A stretch of 64,000 nt of DNA, from assembly GCA_000708835.1 (NCBI GenBank), contig DF237054.1:135501-199500 (forward strand), read 5' to 3'. This document shows positions 25,801-36,312 of the stretch, piece after piece; position 1 is the stretch's first letter; every line of letters begins with the position of its first letter. Made by a program: the position numbers and the translations under genes. The DNA is from Klebsormidium nitens. Lineage: Eukaryota; Plantae; Klebsormidiophyceae. A model generated the notes under the pieces. The model saw only the letters and a program-made list of their open reading frames with translations, did no database searches and was not told where the DNA came from.

Positions 25801-28800
25801 AGCTCCTGACCAAGCTCTCCCTCCTCGTTCAAGTCTTCTTTTCTGGTCGTTGCCGTGAACATCAAACCCTTCTCCACCGCTAAGATCTCTTCTGCCTTCG
25901 ACACTTCCTCAACGGCGTTCGAAAGGAGTCCAACGGCGTCCGTCCTCCGGTCTACGGCGTCCGCATTCCATCCGCTGGCGTCCGAGATCCGCTCACTGGC
26001 GCTCCGTCCGCGGGCGTCCGAAAGGCGCCCAACCTGGAAGGGCCGCGTCCGCAGCAGCTCCTCATTCTGTTCCTTCAGGCACCGCAGCTTCCCGGCGGCC
26101 TGCCACAGCGCCACCTGTCTTCCCTCCTCCTCCAAAGCACTCGCGCGCCGCTCGCGCACTTTACCGTCGATTTGCGCGTCCCCGCGTGGCTCCGACTCCT
26201 CCTTCCCATCTACTTGCACGCCGCTTCTTGCAGCGACTTCTCCATTAGCCTCTCTTTTCTGAGCCTTAGCTTCTCTCAGTCTGACCACTAACCCAGCCGC
26301 CTCTGGCAGAACAATTCCCTTAACCCGCAGGTCAACTTGATCCACCAGCCCCTCCGCCTCCAGTTCACGCGCGCGCCGCAGTGCCGCGTCTCTCTCTCGC
26401 TCTAGCTGATCAATCCGCAGCAGCAAACTTTCCGTTCCGGTCGGGCCCTGTTCCGCTGCCGATTTGTCGCCTTCCGCATTTCTCCTCGCCGGAGTTGGCG
26501 TCGTGAGATCCTCACCGTCTGCCACCAACTCTATCCTGCCAGTCTCTAGCCTTTCTGCTGCCAAGCTTCCGCTTTCCGCTTCCGCTTCCGCTTCCGCCTC
26601 CGCTTCCACGGACGGAACCACACTGTTCAGGGCGTCTGGGCACTCTCCAACACTCCACTTCACGTGGTAGACGCTGTTTTCCTCCGCCCCGTCAGAAGTG
26701 CCCGTCTCCCCAGCAATGCTTTTATCCTGCGGAGGAGAGCTCTCGACATAGTCCGAAATTGGGGCGTCGGGAGCTTCTCCCACGCTCCACTTCACAAGGT
26801 ACACTCCGTTCTCCACGATCTCGTTAGGGTCGGCCGCCTGTCCTGTGACGGTCTGGTCCTCCGGGGAAGAAGTCTCAATGTTCACCGGGAAAGTTCCCTC
26901 CTCGCTTCGGCCCCCTCCCACAAAGTCTGCCACCAGAAAGTCGACCTCCAGAGACGCAGCACGCGACAGCTGTTCCTGGTTTGCGTCCTCTGCTTGCGTT
27001 TCCTCTGTTTGCTGTTGCTCTTCAGCGTCTGACTTTCTATCAACCGGTTCCTCTTCCCCGACCATTCCCCTTCCGCTGTGCAGCTCTGCTTCCGCCGGAC
27101 CGCTCCCGGTTTCTTCTGCCCCGGTTGCCTTTCTTAGAAAAGCATCCTCCAGCTTCACTGACGTGGCCACTAGCTGCTCCTCCTTCCGCTGCAGAAGCGC
27201 CTCCAGCCGAGCCAGTTCCGCCGCCATCCGTTCCGCTTCCGCTGCCATTCGTTCCGTTTCCGCTCGCAGCTCCGCACCCTCGTGCGCCCCCTGCTGGCTT
27301 TCTTCCAGAAGGGCCCTCAGCGCGGCCACCTCTTCCCCTCGGGAAAAGCACAACCTCTCTAGTTCGCGTAACCGGGCTGATTCACACTCGGGCTCTGCCC
27401 TCTTGTTGGCTTGGTGTAAATACACCGCGTCTGTCATCGACTGCGAACGCTTGGGCAACTCCAGCGGACTGAATAACTCGCCCTCAATCCCGAACAGCGG
27501 GTTCAACCGGGGAGTCGCCCCGAAGGCCCATTCCTGGGCTGTTGGCATACTCACCGAGAGCGACTTCCGGCGACCTTCCAATGCCCTTTCGGGCAGTTCA
27601 TCGGCACCGCCGGTCGCCAGATCAACCGGCCGGGGTCCTTCCTCGGTCACAAGCTGCCCATTTCCGCTTGGCAGAAAGAGCGAATCTTCGACCGGTTCAT
27701 ATTGCACGGTGAAGCACTCGCTGATGCGCTCCGACGGCGGCTGGCCGCCCTCGCCCACGAGCCACCCCTCCGCGTCTTCGGACGTCCGCACGAGCGAAGA
27801 TTTGGACAGGCTGCGAGCCACGCCGGCGTCCGCATCGTGCGCCAAGGCGTCCGAACCGTGCGCCAAAGCATCCGCAGGTTCAGCGGAAGCGTCCGGACCG
27901 CGTGCCAGGACGTCCGGAAGACGCGGCAGAGCGACCGAACCACTCGCGGAAGCGTCCGAAGTGCGCGCCAGAGGGTTTGAAACGCGCCCCAGGACGTCCG
28001 CATCGCGCGCCAGAGCTTCCGCGACGCTGGAAGCCTCCGAGCGGATGACCGCCGAGTCGAAGCGCGGCCGGCCCTCCCCGAAACCCCCGCTAAACCCTCC
28101 GTCCCTTGGGCTTTCATACAGAGGGTTTTGGACCCCCACCGTCTCAAAGTCTGGCCGCGCAACAGCGGCAGTGGCCAGCCGCTCTGTCTCGTTCTTCAGC
28201 TCCTCGAGCTGTGCGCGCGCAAACGCGAGCTCGTCCTGAAGTGCGCCGCGCGCGCCGCGCTCCTCCGCGAGCTGCGCGCGCAGCTCCGCGACCTCGAGCT
28301 CCAGGGAGAAGCGCCCGGCGGCCAAACCCTGCAAACCCTGAACTTCCGCGGCCAGCTGCGCCGACGCGGCCTGCGACAACTGGAGTGCGACCAGGGACGC
28401 CTCGAGCTGCGCTCGCAGAGTTCTGACCTCTACTTGGAGCCGGGTAATGGCACCGGAATCCGCCGGAACCGTCGACCCCGGCAGAGCAGCTGCTATTGAC
28501 GGAACGGGGCCGAGGTCTTCGGGGTTCGAGACAGGAAGACTTTCCATTACAGCAGCGTCGGTACATGGAGGAAGTGACTGATCGTATTTCGGTTCCGCTG
28601 GGATAAGCGTTGCCTGTGCACCGATGCCGTCGACGTTCTTGATGAGCTCTGCACGAAGTTTCAGGAAAGGTCAGATTATAATACTAAAAACCGAGTCCCA
28701 GGGTTGTTCGACGAGGCTGACTCCTCAAGGCTTAGCTTATAAGATGTAGAATCGGTAAGTCGCTGTAAGTGTGTTGAATCACCAGAAAACTCTTCCTGGA

Positions 28801-31800
28801 GTTAGGACAGAAAGAGAAGTGAGGTCGAGCTTGACTACTCATCAATCTTATCTAATCAATCCGCTTTAAGAGTACTCTTGTACCCTCAGAAAACGTTCGG
28901 TCGAGTGCTGCTTTATGTGCTGCGCAGTTGCATCAACAAACAACAGCGTGGGCGCAATCGACAACTTGACATCCAGATTTCTGCAGGTTCTCTTTCAGAG
29001 CTTCCAACCTGTAAGCAAATTGACTGTACCTCCCTCGTAGCATAGTCGTCCCCTAAAGCAAAAGACCTGACGCGTCTTTGAAGCGAGTTGGACCGGCGAT
29101 ATTTGGCATGTTTGCGGACGGCGCTCTTGAATCTTCATGAGAGATGAGCATAAAGAACAAAAAGAAAAGCGTGGAATAGGAATCAGGACTGCTTGAAAAC
29201 GGACGTCAAGTGCAGGTCGACAGACGAAATCCTCGAAGTTGCAAGGATACCACACTCGAACGCTTGATGGTCCACTAACTTCGGTATGATCGGCACTACC
29301 CCGACTCACCTTCTGCTTCTCGTGGCGGATCACGAAGCTTTTCCTCAGCCGCGGCGTCCCGAGCTTCCTGCTGGTTTGCATCCCTAAGCTCCCCCTCCAG
29401 GTCCCTTATTACTCCCTTAAGCTCCTCGTTCTCCGCTCTAGTTCCCCGCAGCAGCGCCAGCTCATCCTCCAAAGCTTCGAGCCCCACGTCCGCCCCGCCC
29501 TGCCACGTGGCAGCCAGCCGCGCGTTCTCCTCGCGCGCACCGCGCACCACGCGCTCCAGCTCCTTGACCTTCTCCTCCAAACCCTGAACCCCGGGGTCGG
29601 CGTCTCGCGGCCGCGTGTCGGTCTGCTCCACGACGTCCGAAGTCATCGGGCGCTCGCGCTCCTCTTCGCGCTCGCGCGAACGCGCGGCCTCGCTCCTCAG
29701 AAGCGTCACCTCCGCCTGCAGCGCCTCAAAGCCCTCGTGCTCCGCCACGTGGCACTCCGCGCGCAGAACGCCCTCCCTGTGCGCGCGCTCGACCTCGTCT
29801 GCCAGCGCCTCGCTCTCCGCGACTTTCTCCTGCAGCCGCTGCAGTTCGTCGCGCAGCGCCTCCAGCTCGCGCGCGCGCCCGGGGGTTGAGACCCTGGAGG
29901 CGGAAACGGAACCGCCGCCGGAACAAGAACGGGAGTGCGAACGCGAAATGGGTGTTTCGACCCAGACCCGGCCCACATCCGAAAGCCCAGAGAGGCCCCG
30001 GGTGTCATTTTGAACCTCTGCCTTTTCAGCGGAGATCAGAATCTCGGACCCGGGGTTTAAGCCGCGGATTTTAGCCCCCAGCTGCTCCTCCAGCTCGGAG
30101 ACGCGCGCGGCGAGCGCGACGTTCAGGGCGGCCGCGGCCGCCAGGGCCGCGTCCTTCTCCATCTCCAGGACCGGGCCTTCCCGTTTCGCCAGCGCGCTGT
30201 CAAACTGCTCTACAAGGTTGCGCTTCGCTTTAGCGCCCGATGCTGACGCGAGCCCGACCTCTGTGCCGCTGCTTTCGCTGGTGATGACGTCCTTCTCCAA
30301 CGTCTGCGGGCTTTCAGTTGCCACGTCAGCAACCTCTGAACGCTCTGTGTCTGTATCCGGATCCTCAAAGTCGATTTCGTCGGGTTTTGTTGTTAGTGCA
30401 GACGCGTCCGGTGGGCTGAAAGTCGTGTCCGTTTCCGCTTGGTAGGTGTCCGTCGTCGCTTGCAGGGGAGTCCTCGGCGGACTTATAAGGACGGGAAGCG
30501 AGAGCAGTGGAACTTCAGAGGTCTGATGGAGCGGTTCCAAGCCTCCGTCCGAAAGTAGGCCCCGCAAGTTCTCGCCGAAGACGTCCTCTTCGGTGCGGCA
30601 ACAGGGAAAGCGAGAGTGCTGTCAGCATCGAACATGATAGTTTAAGCGAGTGACAGGTTTTTTGAGATGAGCTGTTCATGCCTTTAATCCGTCACTGAAC
30701 AGAAGTGGAAGAGCCGGGTCGTTTAGGTGGAAGCTGGCCTGTAGCCTCTTCGTCACGTGTGTGCTACTCGGGCTTTTGGGGCTTGTTTTGTGATCCCTTG
30801 AATCATTCCACTCATGCAGTTCATTAACGTCGTGATTAGTAAGTTCAAAGTTTGTTCATTCTGGCTCAAAACCTGGTGAGTTCGAAATTTGGCAAGACGA
30901 AAGGCTCAAGACGAGAGAATCAGACTCGTCATACAGAATTTTTGGATTGTAAACCACATCCTCGAATTCAATGTCCATCTACTTTGTTGACAAGCGTATC
31001 GTGAGACGCTTGCAATCGTGAAGATTCACTTCTTCCACATTGAGAGGACACAAAGAACACATGCATGACTTCTGAACACCCAGATTGGAGACAAAACGAT
31101 TTACCTTGGTGAAGCTTTTTCCACTGAGCCAGAGACACGCCTGCCGCTCCACACCGGCGACCCAAAGTCGCGTATGTCGCCTCCCGAGCTCAGCGTTATC
31201 TCAACTTGGTCGCCCTCATCCTTTCCCCCGGTTTCTTGCGCGAGCGGGCCAACAAACTCCACTTCCCCGGGCGCCCTTGCCTCCAACTCCGAGGACAGTG
31301 CCGAATCCCAAGCCGCCACGTGTCCGGTTGCTCGCCCGGCGCTCCTCGCAGGCGCATCCAACGAGTCCATGTGGATGAGCTTCCCGCTCGACAGCAGCCG
31401 GTTGCCTCCCCCCGACAAAACGAAGCCCAGCTGCCCGTTCACCAAATCGTGGAAGTTGGGGGATCCCTCTGCGGCCGGGGGGGTGGAACCTAGACTGGGG
31501 GAGCTCTGGGCGCTGTCAATGCCCAGCGCCTCCAGAAGGGCCCGTGCCCCGGGCTCATCTACTGGAGAGTCCTGTCCTTTGTAACCGGAACCGGTATTCC
31601 CAGTAAAAGTTGGAGGTTGCGAATCCGCTGGTGATCCATCCTGGGGAATGGCGTCACTCAAGTTAAGCCCAATCGCTAAGGGACTCAAACCGCTCCCCAT
31701 CGAGCTGGCGCTCCTCTCTCCTTTCCCGGGGGGTACACCAGTCGCCGTAACAGGCCCAACCTTCTCCGTTTCCACACCCCCCGAGAAGCTCTTCCCGGCA

Positions 31801-34800
31801 CCGGCCAGCTTCTCGGTCATAAGGACAGCTTCCCTCAACTGGGCCTCCTTCTCGTAGAGAGACCGCTTCAGCCCCAGAACTCTCTCTTCCAGTTCGCCCG
31901 CCCGAATGCTGGCCTTCCGCCATCCGGCTTCCATCCTCTCCGCGTCCGCCTGCGCGAGCTCGCACGCGCGCTCTAGCTCCTCCACGCGTGCCTCCACTTC
32001 CGTCCGCTGGAGCTCCGCTCTCATTGCGCTCTCGTTCCGCCCCGCCTTCGCCTGGGTTTGCTCCAACTCGTGCAACGCCGCCTGCATTTGCACGTCTACA
32101 GTCTCCAGCGCTTCTTTCAGGCGCTCATTTTCTGACAGGAGCCCCTCCATTTCGCTGTCAAACCGCTGCTTTTGCTCCTCAAGCCCCGCATATAGAGTGG
32201 CCTTTTCGAGCTCAAGTCCGTCTACCTGCTCTGCAAAAGTTGCCCTTTCTGCCTCGAGGTCTGCCCTCAGCCGCTCCTCTCCAAACAGAAGAACCTCCGT
32301 CTCGCCCACGAAGCGCGCTCTCTCCTCTTCAACTATCTTCTGCAAAGCCTCAATTTCGCCGGCAGACTTCGCTCTTTCTTCCGCAATACTATTCAGCAAC
32401 GCCTCCTTCTCGACAGACAAACCTTCCAACTCAGCCACACAACGCGCAATTTTCTCTTGCAGCCGCGCATTCTCGAGCTTTGTCTCCGCGAGTTCGCTCT
32501 CAAACCACGCTGTGTCCCTGTCATTGGAATCCCTCAGCCGTTCGTTCTCGAGCGACACCCGCCTCACCTCCTCTCCCAACCGCTCGCTTTCCCCTTCCAA
32601 AGACCTTCTCAGACGCTCTTCTTCGACTTGCAGAGTCTCCATCTTATCCGCAAACCGCTCCCTCTCTTCCTCAACCGCGTCTACCAGCCGGTCTTTGTCA
32701 CTCGTCAGGTTGTCCAACTTCGCCAACAGTGCCGCGTTCTCTCCTTCCAGAAGCGCCGCACGTTCTTCCGCCGCGTCACGGGCCGTCAGAAGCTCCCGCT
32801 CGGTGCGCGCTTCAGCCTCCTCGTCACGTGCCACATGCAAGGCTCCCTGGCCGGGGAGTGCGCCTTGCGCCTCAGCAATGTCGTCTTGGCTCTTCTCTGC
32901 AACTCCATCTTCAGCCAACACTTTCGATCCCGCTCGGTCCGCTGCCGCCCCCTCTAAAATGCCAATCGCATACTTCTCTTCCTCAGCAAGCGAGCCTGCC
33001 AATCTACCTCCTTCTTCCGCCACCACTCTATTTCCCCTCACCTCTTCCTCCTGCCTGTCTGGCCCCGAATTTGCTCCATCACCGAAACCCTTTGCCCCTC
33101 GGCCTCCATTCCCCTGTGCCGCAATCGTACCGTCAGCCTGAGCAACGCCAGCTGGCATTCCGCATCCAGTTCCGGCTACCAAGAGCTGCTCCTGCATCGC
33201 CAAAATGAGGCCCTCCTGCTGCGCGCACGTCCGCTCCACCTCCGCAAACCGCTGCTCCGCCGCGCGCGCCGCGATCTCCAGCTCCGCCGCAATCTGCTCA
33301 AAGTCACGTGCCACCCGCTCCGCCGCCACCTCAGCATCTCTCGCCGCCACCTCAGCATCTCTCGCCGCCACCTCAGCATCCCTCGCTGCCACCTCAGCAT
33401 CCCTTGCCGTGGCAAGCTCTGCTTTCAGCGCCTCAGCGCTGTCGTTACTCTTCGCAGCAGTGGCGCGGAGGGTTTTCAGCTCTGCTAACAGGCCCGCAAT
33501 ACGCTCATCTCTTTTTGCAAGATCTAGGGCGAGCGCCGCAACTTGGCCCTCTGCCAAACCAAGGTCCGCAGATTGCGATGCAGCGTCCGCCTCCGATCGG
33601 AAGAACTCATTTGCAGTCAGAGCTAGCTTCGTTTGGAGTGCAAGCGCGTGCTCTTCTGCTGCCGCTAGGTCAGCTTTGACTCCTGCCACGTTGTCCACTT
33701 CTCCTCTGAGCGCCGCAATGTTCCCATCCTTCTCAGCGACTTCCTCTTCGAGATGCAAAAGCTGCTCCGCCCCAGCCGCAAGTTCCACTTGCATGCGCTC
33801 GGTGCCCTCCGAGAGCACATCAATTTGCGCCTGTAGATCTGCAATCTGTGCCTGGAGGTCAAAGTCTTCCGCCCCCCCAGCCTGCGCCAGGCCTTTTGGC
33901 CCCCCTGGAATGCCGACCACCAGCTCATTTCCCCTTTCTTTGGCTATGCTGTCCTTTGCCAACGTGTCCAAGAGCTGCCCCACTTCAGCGAAGTAGGCGC
34001 CAAACGAGGCTTCTAGGTTGTCAACTACCGTTGCAAACTGAACTTTAGTGGCAAGCGAACCCTCTGCTATTGGGCCCCGTTTTGGTGTTTCAGCCTTTGG
34101 TTCTGCTGCAGACTCTGGACTCTGTCCGCTTGGACTCGGCGCAGCAACAAGAGCGTCGGTATTGGTAGGGGCCAGTGTAGTTTCTTGGCTCTCCTGATGC
34201 CACTTGGCTAAGCCCTGCCGAGCACTCTGCACTGATGTCTCGATTGCCGTCAGCTGCGCAGCCTGCTTTGACAGACTGTGACTGTCCTTGTCAGGAACCT
34301 TTGCATTTCCCTCCTCTAGCTGCCGGTTGCGCTCTTGAGCAATCTGAATGGAGAAAAGCAACAGAATGATAGCTTTAGGGATAACCCTGTGGAGATTGAT
34401 GCTGAGAAGGGACCATCAATCTTGGATCGAGATGAGCGGAGGTGCTTCTGAAAAGCTTCTTTGCCCGATTGAAGTCCGAAGGGACAATATGCACGGAATG
34501 TTTGAGGAGCACAGGGGTAAGATCATCAGGGATCTACTAAAGTGGCCATCCGCGTAGTTGGAGCTCAAATGCGTCTTTTTTGAAATGTTGCATGCATTCC
34601 CTTCCCTTTGATCAGCCCGACCGAGGTTTTTAGGGTACATCACATAAGAAAAAGGTTCTCAAATAAGACTTACCAGCAGGTCTTTCTCCCGCTCGTATAG
34701 CGCCTTTTCAAGGTAGAAGATCTCCGCCTGGCTTAGGACGAGCCGCCTTGATAGGTCTTCATACTGGAAATACAGGAGCTCATGTTTACCCATCGGTCAA

Positions 34801-35136
34801 TAAGTGAGAGCTTGCAGCATGATCTGCTGTTCTCACGCACCGTCCCTGCTTTGCATTGCTGCCACTGTTCACAGTGAAAAGCTTCAGACAGCTGCTCAGG
34901 AGCTTCTCCTATTGGCAAGAAGAGAAGGCCCGCATGAGAGATGATCATGGCATTGCCTACCAAAGCTCTGTTGCATTTAAGAAAGTAGGCGGCCTGCATG
35001 TATACTTATCTCCAGTGAAGAGGCAAAAGTGAAAACAAGACGTACTTACCTGCTTTAGCTCCTCTTCTCCCAGGTGTTGCGATCGCTGAAGGCGATAGCT
35101 TATGTGCCCCTCCATCAATTTAGCTGGGTCAGCCAT
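4891..35136 (-). CDS. Giant (~7,654 aa) acidic coiled-coil and repeat protein with basic S/P/R-rich C-terminal tail, 18 exons
   Basis: Manually joined exons (minus): 35136-35050, 34763-34674, 34343-31105, 30592-29310, 28648-22533, 22077-21840, 21523-21287, 20861-20740, 20371-18644, 18239-17984, 17573-17428, 17043-14514, 14069-11268, 10972-10794, 10614-10479, 10215-7667, 6862-6580, 5834-4891; total 22,965 nt. Sixteen junctions are GT-AG with matching phase; 31105/30592 matches phase only with an AC acceptor. All long minus-strand ORFs of the track (1086, 423, 2008, 589, 900, 965, 860, 313 aa) fall into this chain and share A/E/L/R-rich heptad composition. No catalytic domain recognised. Confidence 0.75.
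7205..7545. repeat. Intronic degenerate duplication (~250-nt period) inside the giant gene
   Basis: gatgcaaacttgcagtct...actggggct...ggcgagaagcaccaaaa occurs at ~7210-7285 and again at ~7457-7540. Confidence 0.8.
13372..13959 (-). repeat. Coding tandem repeat, 42-nt / 14-aa unit (HADVxAELxAxQxA), about 14 units
   Basis: The translation of ORF 11149-14046 shows HAYVSAELENARSA, HADVTAELAASLTA, HADVRAALVASQEA, HADVSAELMASQRA, HGDVSLELAAEQRA and further units. Confidence 0.9.
18815..19935 (-). repeat. Coding tandem repeat, 210-nt / 70-aa unit, five full copies plus a partial sixth
   Basis: The unit LALTRGKLRATNEALSESRGAL..NRA..VASVEELESAHGRLEKATGEL..LQEALERTRGEV recurs; DNA anchor ccacgtgt(c/t)a recurs near 19056, 19266, 19503, 19713 and 19920. 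Confidence 0.95.
23395..25365 (-). repeat. Coding repeat of ~110-120 aa (EELLxARxxLADxFA...ECARKxxxLRxLREEL), six copies
   Basis: In the 2008-aa ORF: ECARKRGQLRAIREDL, ACERKERKIVSIHREL, ECARKRGMLRALREEL, ECARKAGQLRALREEL, ECARKGEKLRSLRTEL, ECAGKEEKLRTLEAEL, each preceded by a matching helical block. Confidence 0.9.
33323..33408 (-). repeat. Near-perfect 21-nt tandem repeat x4 encoding one heptad (RDAEVAA)
   Basis: gccacctcagcatc(t/c)ctcgc(c/t) is repeated four times; the protein reads ARDAEVAARDAEVAARDAEVAARDAEVAA. Confidence 0.95.
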
Positions 35137-35974
35137 TGTTAACAGCTCGTGTCGCTCCAGCTTTTGACAGGTTCTGTGCCTAAGTGCCAGGAATGCTGTT
35201 GCTCAAAGCTCCCAATCTGGCCTTATGACCTCTAAGCTGAATCAGCCCCATCCAGCCAAGAGCAAAAATTTTCAGATCAGTGATCGCAAAGGCTGGTGAG
35301 TGCAACCCCACCGCGCCAGCAGATTTGCTTAGCACTGGAGCTCGCAAAACCTCTTCTCCATGATTTTGGTCAGACCATCTTGCCAGATCCATTGCCGTGC
35401 TCTGAGCTGCCAGTTGCACCTGCGTTTTTGTAGTACAGCTCTGGATGAGATACATTGCCTCTACAGCCGCCGGCCATCCCGAGACTGCGCAGAAAGCCAC
35501 CTGTGCTGGCACCAGGTTGAGGTGGTTTGCGGCAGCTCGAGCCAGTGCGCTACACGCATGTCCACAACTTTAAGGACCAAGACTAGGTAGGTCACAAGGC
35601 CACCGGTACACTGAACTTTCTGTAGCAACTTCGCGGATTTTGTTGTGGGCCTTTATTAAAGGACTCTTCGTACCCCTTCTTGTAGGCTTCGAGTTCAAAA
35701 CACCTGGGTTCCTGCTTTCATTTCTGCAGCACCGCTGACATGCCGGCCGAAAAAGGTCAGCCGCTCGCGCAGCATTTCGTTCCAAAAAGTGTCAGGTCGC
35801 CACGTTGGCACCCATGCTCCAGCTTCCATGTCGTCGATCTATCTTGATCGACGGCAACTGTGCGCTTGCTGAGCTGGAGCCCAGTGGATATTTGCACAAT
35901 ACTCACGTGGGCTCACTTTTCCACCCCACGCGAAGGAGACAGGTTCCTGGTTTCACCATGGGCCAAACTTCCAG

Positions 35975-36211
35975 CTACACCACATTGCGCTTGCAAACCA
36001 TTTTGAACCACAGCCGCCTTGCACATTTTCCCATCTTTCTATTCGGAGAGAAAAGGTTCTTAGCGAAGTACTCTTTGCAGAGTCTGAGGGAACATGGCTC
36101 ACGCCGCTGTCGGACGGCTTGCGGTGCCTTTGGCATCGCCCGAGCTTCTGAGAGCAACAAGCAACAGGTCAGCAAGCACCAGCTGCTGTTCCGCAGCTTA
36201 TGCGCTTCCAT
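35975..36211 (-). CDS. 78-codon ORF with signal-peptide-like N-terminus; small secreted peptide or uORF of the giant gene
   Basis: The ATG at 36211 lies 20 nt inside an apparent spliced exon (acceptor gtttcag at 36232, donor CAG/gtaagt at 36420). It reads MEAHKLRNSSWCLLTCCLLLSEARA followed by a K/R- and Cys-containing segment. No homolog recognised. Confidence 0.25.
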   Translation of the reverse strand: MEAHKLRNSSWCLLTCCLLLSEARAMPKAPQAVRQRREPCSLRLCKEYFAKNLFSPNRKMGKCARRLWFKMVCKRNVV

Positions 36212-36312
36212 CTTCTTCCGGGGGGGCAGCCCTGAAACGAAACAGGGCAGGACTTAGCTTTTTGGGGCAGGGGGTTGTGCGGGGTTTTGAGGCGCAAGCT
36301 GGCGGAGTTAGA

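Noticed and set aside
26566-26606. (CCGCTT)n tract here and (TTTCCG)-like tracts at ~9640-9675
   Set aside because: Ordinary coding microsatellites producing EA and GN/EN low-complexity linkers; no further signal.
7641-33996. Many long plus-strand ORFs (for example 698 aa at 22921-25017, 464 aa at 26845-28239, 423 aa at 12194-13465, 411 aa at 31906-33141)
   Set aside because: They are S/A/R-rich antisense shadows of the GC-rich, E/A/L-rich minus-strand exons. They start and stop with those exons and show no protein-like motifs.
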